This document shows, piece after piece, positions 62,333 through 64,000 of a stretch of DNA of 64,000 nucleotides (positions within the stretch are counted from its first letter, which is position 1; the number at the start of each line of letters is the position of its first letter). Both the position numbers and the translations under genes were made by a program. The stretch lies in the NCBI GenBank assembly GCA_910579455.1, contig CAJTUT010000005.1, forward strand, positions 1,593 to 65,592, read 5' to 3'. Under the pieces are notes generated by a model that searched no databases, was not told the DNA's origin, and was given only the letters and a program-made list of their open reading frames with translations. This stretch comes from an uncultured Bacilli bacterium (lineage in GTDB: Bacteria; Bacillota_I; Bacilli_A; RF39; UBA660).

Positions 62333-62548
62333 ATGGCAGAATTTTATCGTAAAAAGAGAAAAGTTTGTATGATGTGTACAGGTAAAACAGTTAATTATAA
62401 AGAACCAGAAACATTAAAGAGATACATGAATGAAAAAAGTAAAATCGTACCAAGACGTATAACAGGAAACTGTGCTAGACATCAAAGAGTAATTGCTAGA
62501 GCGATTAAAAGAGCCCGTGCAATTGGGTTATTACCATATACGAAGTAA
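62333..62548 (+). CDS. rpsR: 30S ribosomal protein S18
   Basis: 71 aa; conserved [24 protein letters not shown]. Confidence 0.95.
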   Translation: MAEFYRKKRKVCMMCTGKTVNYKEPETLKRYMNEKSKIVPRRITGNCARHQRVIARAIKRARAIGLLPYTK

Positions 62549-62978
62549 AGGATTGATGAATTTTCAGTCTTTTTTTATCGGAAAATAATGAATTATATTA
62601 TGATAAGTGGTAAATATATGTGCTAAAATTATGAGAATTAGAATTAATTAAAATGATATGGGTAGAATTAGGAACGATAGTATGTATGATAGATGTCATA
62701 GTTCTAAGTAATTGATTTTTCAGCCTGAGATACCTTGTTTTGATGAGTGTAAATGCAATAGACGGACTAAATGATAACAAAGAGATATAGATTCTTGGAA
62801 TAATATTTATATTAAAGTATATGCTACAGTTGGAATTAAAACAAATAAATTATTGAATGTACAAAATATGAAGAAATTAGTTGGTCTGAGATTATTACAA
62901 AGGAGCAAACTAGAAAGAAAACTAAGAAAAATTCAAAAAGGGGCTAATTGATTTAGTCTCTTTTCTTAGCTCCTAGTA

Positions 62979-63007
62979 TCGACAAAACTTAGAAATTATT
63001 ATATAAT
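62979..63007 (+). promoter_or_regulatory. Candidate SigA-type promoter for the DHH gene
   Basis: TCGACA (62979-62984), 17-bp spacer, TATAAT (63002-63007). Confidence 0.45.
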
Positions 63008-63046
63008 AAATATAAATCTTAGGACTCTAGGAGGCGTGAAAAGGTA

Positions 63047-64000
63047 ATGATAATAGTAGAGAAGAAAAAGAGGATTAATAAGTATATCAAGAAAGCAAAA
63101 AATATTTTTATTATGGCTCATAAAGATTTAGATTTAGATGCTTTGGGAAGCTCCATTGGGATGTATGTTATCTTAAAACAAAAAAAGAAAAATTGTTTTC
63201 TAGTTATTGATGATAAAGAACACGAGTTAGGTGTTGAAAAAATATTAAAAGAACTAGAAGGTTGTATTACAATTATAAAAAGTTATGATGTTCCAAAGAA
63301 TATGGAAAAAAATATTAATAAAAATTTATTACTAATTCTAGATACTAATAAAAAGGACTTAGTTCAAAGTAGTGATATTTTAAAAATGTTTCCCAATAAA
63401 ATGATTTTTGATCATCATGGAATTGGAAAAACCACAATTAAAGATGCATTTCTAGTTCAGGATGACAATGTTTCTAGTACTTGTGAGATGATTACAACCT
63501 TAATCGAATCTTATGATATAGAACTAGATCCTTATTATGCTACAATCCTATTATCAGGAATTGTTTTAGATACAAATAATTTTACCTTAAAAACAACAGC
63601 TGATACATATTATGCAGCATATTATTTAGCATCCCTTGGGGCATCGGCTAAGAAAGTGCAATATTTGTTAAAACAAGATTTATTGGAATATACAGAAAGG
63701 GAAAAGCTTCTTACAAAAATAGAAATTTTAGATAAAAAAATCGCTATATCTAAAGCGGCAGCTTCTACAATCTATCGTAGAGAAGATTTAGCAAAAGTAG
63801 CAGATACTTTATTATTTTTTAATGATATTGAAGCATCATTTGTAATTGGAAAAATATCGAAAGATACTGTTGGAATCAGTGCTAGAAGTTTAGGAAACTA
63901 TGATATTTCTAAGATTTTAGATCGTCTAGGAGGCGGTGGAGATGATTATAATGGTGCTGTCAAATTTGATCATAAAACAATTGGAAAAGTAGAGGAATTA
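63047..64000 (+). CDS. DHH/DHHA1-family phosphoesterase (NrnA or stand-alone c-di-AMP phosphodiesterase-like), 3' end beyond the window
   Basis: Open frame runs to the window edge (318 codons); DHH motif AHKDLDLDALGS, DHH (FDHHGIG), DHHA1 GGGG (LGGGGDDYNG). No N-terminal TM/PAS/GGDEF, so not a full GdpP. Confidence 0.75.
   Translation, partial: MIIVEKKKRINKYIKKAKNIFIMAHKDLDLDALGSSIGMYVILKQKKKNCFLVIDDKEHELGVEKILKELEGCITIIKSYDVPKNMEKNINKNLLLILDTNKKDLVQSSDILKMFPNKMIFDHHGIGKTTIKDAFLVQDDNVSSTCEMITTLIESYDIELDPYYATILLSGIVLDTNNFTLKTTADTYYAAYYLASLGASAKKVQYLLKQDLLEYTEREKLLTKIEILDKKIAISKAAASTIYRREDLAKVADTLLFFNDIEASFVIGKISKDTVGISARSLGNYDISKILDRLGGGGDDYNGAVKFDHKTIGKVEEL

Noticed and set aside
62598-62780. 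60-aa minus-strand ORF in the rpsR-DHH spacer
   Set aside because: No RBS, antisense to the local operon direction, AT-rich low complexity.
1-64000. Search for CRISPR arrays, IS elements/transposases, integrases, tRNA or rRNA genes
   Set aside because: No direct-repeat/spacer arrays, no transposase- or integrase-like ORFs, and no GC-rich structured-RNA islands were seen. The window is an origin-proximal core region with small insertions rather than a mobile element.

Overview
This is a very AT-rich (by eye about 70% A+T) chromosomal window centred on the replication origin of a low-GC, spore-forming Firmicute (Clostridia/Erysipelotrichia-like). It uses the standard genetic code. No rRNA, tRNA, CRISPR array, transposase or IS element was seen.

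Minus-strand genes 12-38468 (listed in ascending coordinate): lysS, an RDD membrane protein, dusB, ftsH, tilS, ftsB/divIC, yabQ-like, yabP, spoVG, veg, yabG, rsmA, a SipW (archaeal-type signal peptidase) operon with three paralogous SipW-cognate secreted proteins and two membrane proteins, tatD, metG, spoVT, a hypothetical protein, mfd, pth, rsmI, a tRNA m6A methyltransferase, yaaT/ricT, holB, bofA, recR, ybaB, dnaX, tadA, gyrA, gyrB, recF, a ComK-like gene, dnaN and dnaA.

DnaA-box clusters flank dnaA (oriC).

Plus-strand genes 38787-64000: rpmH, rnpA, yidC, jag/khpB, an inserted roughly 5 kb island (AraC/GyrI regulator, transglutaminase-like cysteine protease, HerA/VirB4-superfamily P-loop ATPase and a Cys-rich partner), mnmE, an inserted GATase1/C26 hydrolase, mnmG, rsmG, a 1179-aa sigma-70-family protein carrying about nine extra tandem sigma-region-4-like HTH modules, a Noc/ParB paralog with a long low-complexity tail, parA/soj, parB/spo0J, mscS, DUF951, abgT, ychF, rpsF, ssb, rpsR and the start of a DHH phosphoesterase.

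Most striking: the giant poly-sigma4 sigma factor next to the par locus; the HerA-like ATPase/Cys-rich/transglutaminase module inserted between jag and mnmE; the triple SipW-substrate operon; a comK homolog sitting between dnaN and recF; and an array of perfect palindromes (3x GTTTCACGTGAAAC plus TTTCCCGGGAAA) in the gyrA-tadA spacer.

Coordinates of proposed alternative starts and small motifs were counted by hand and may be off by a base or so.
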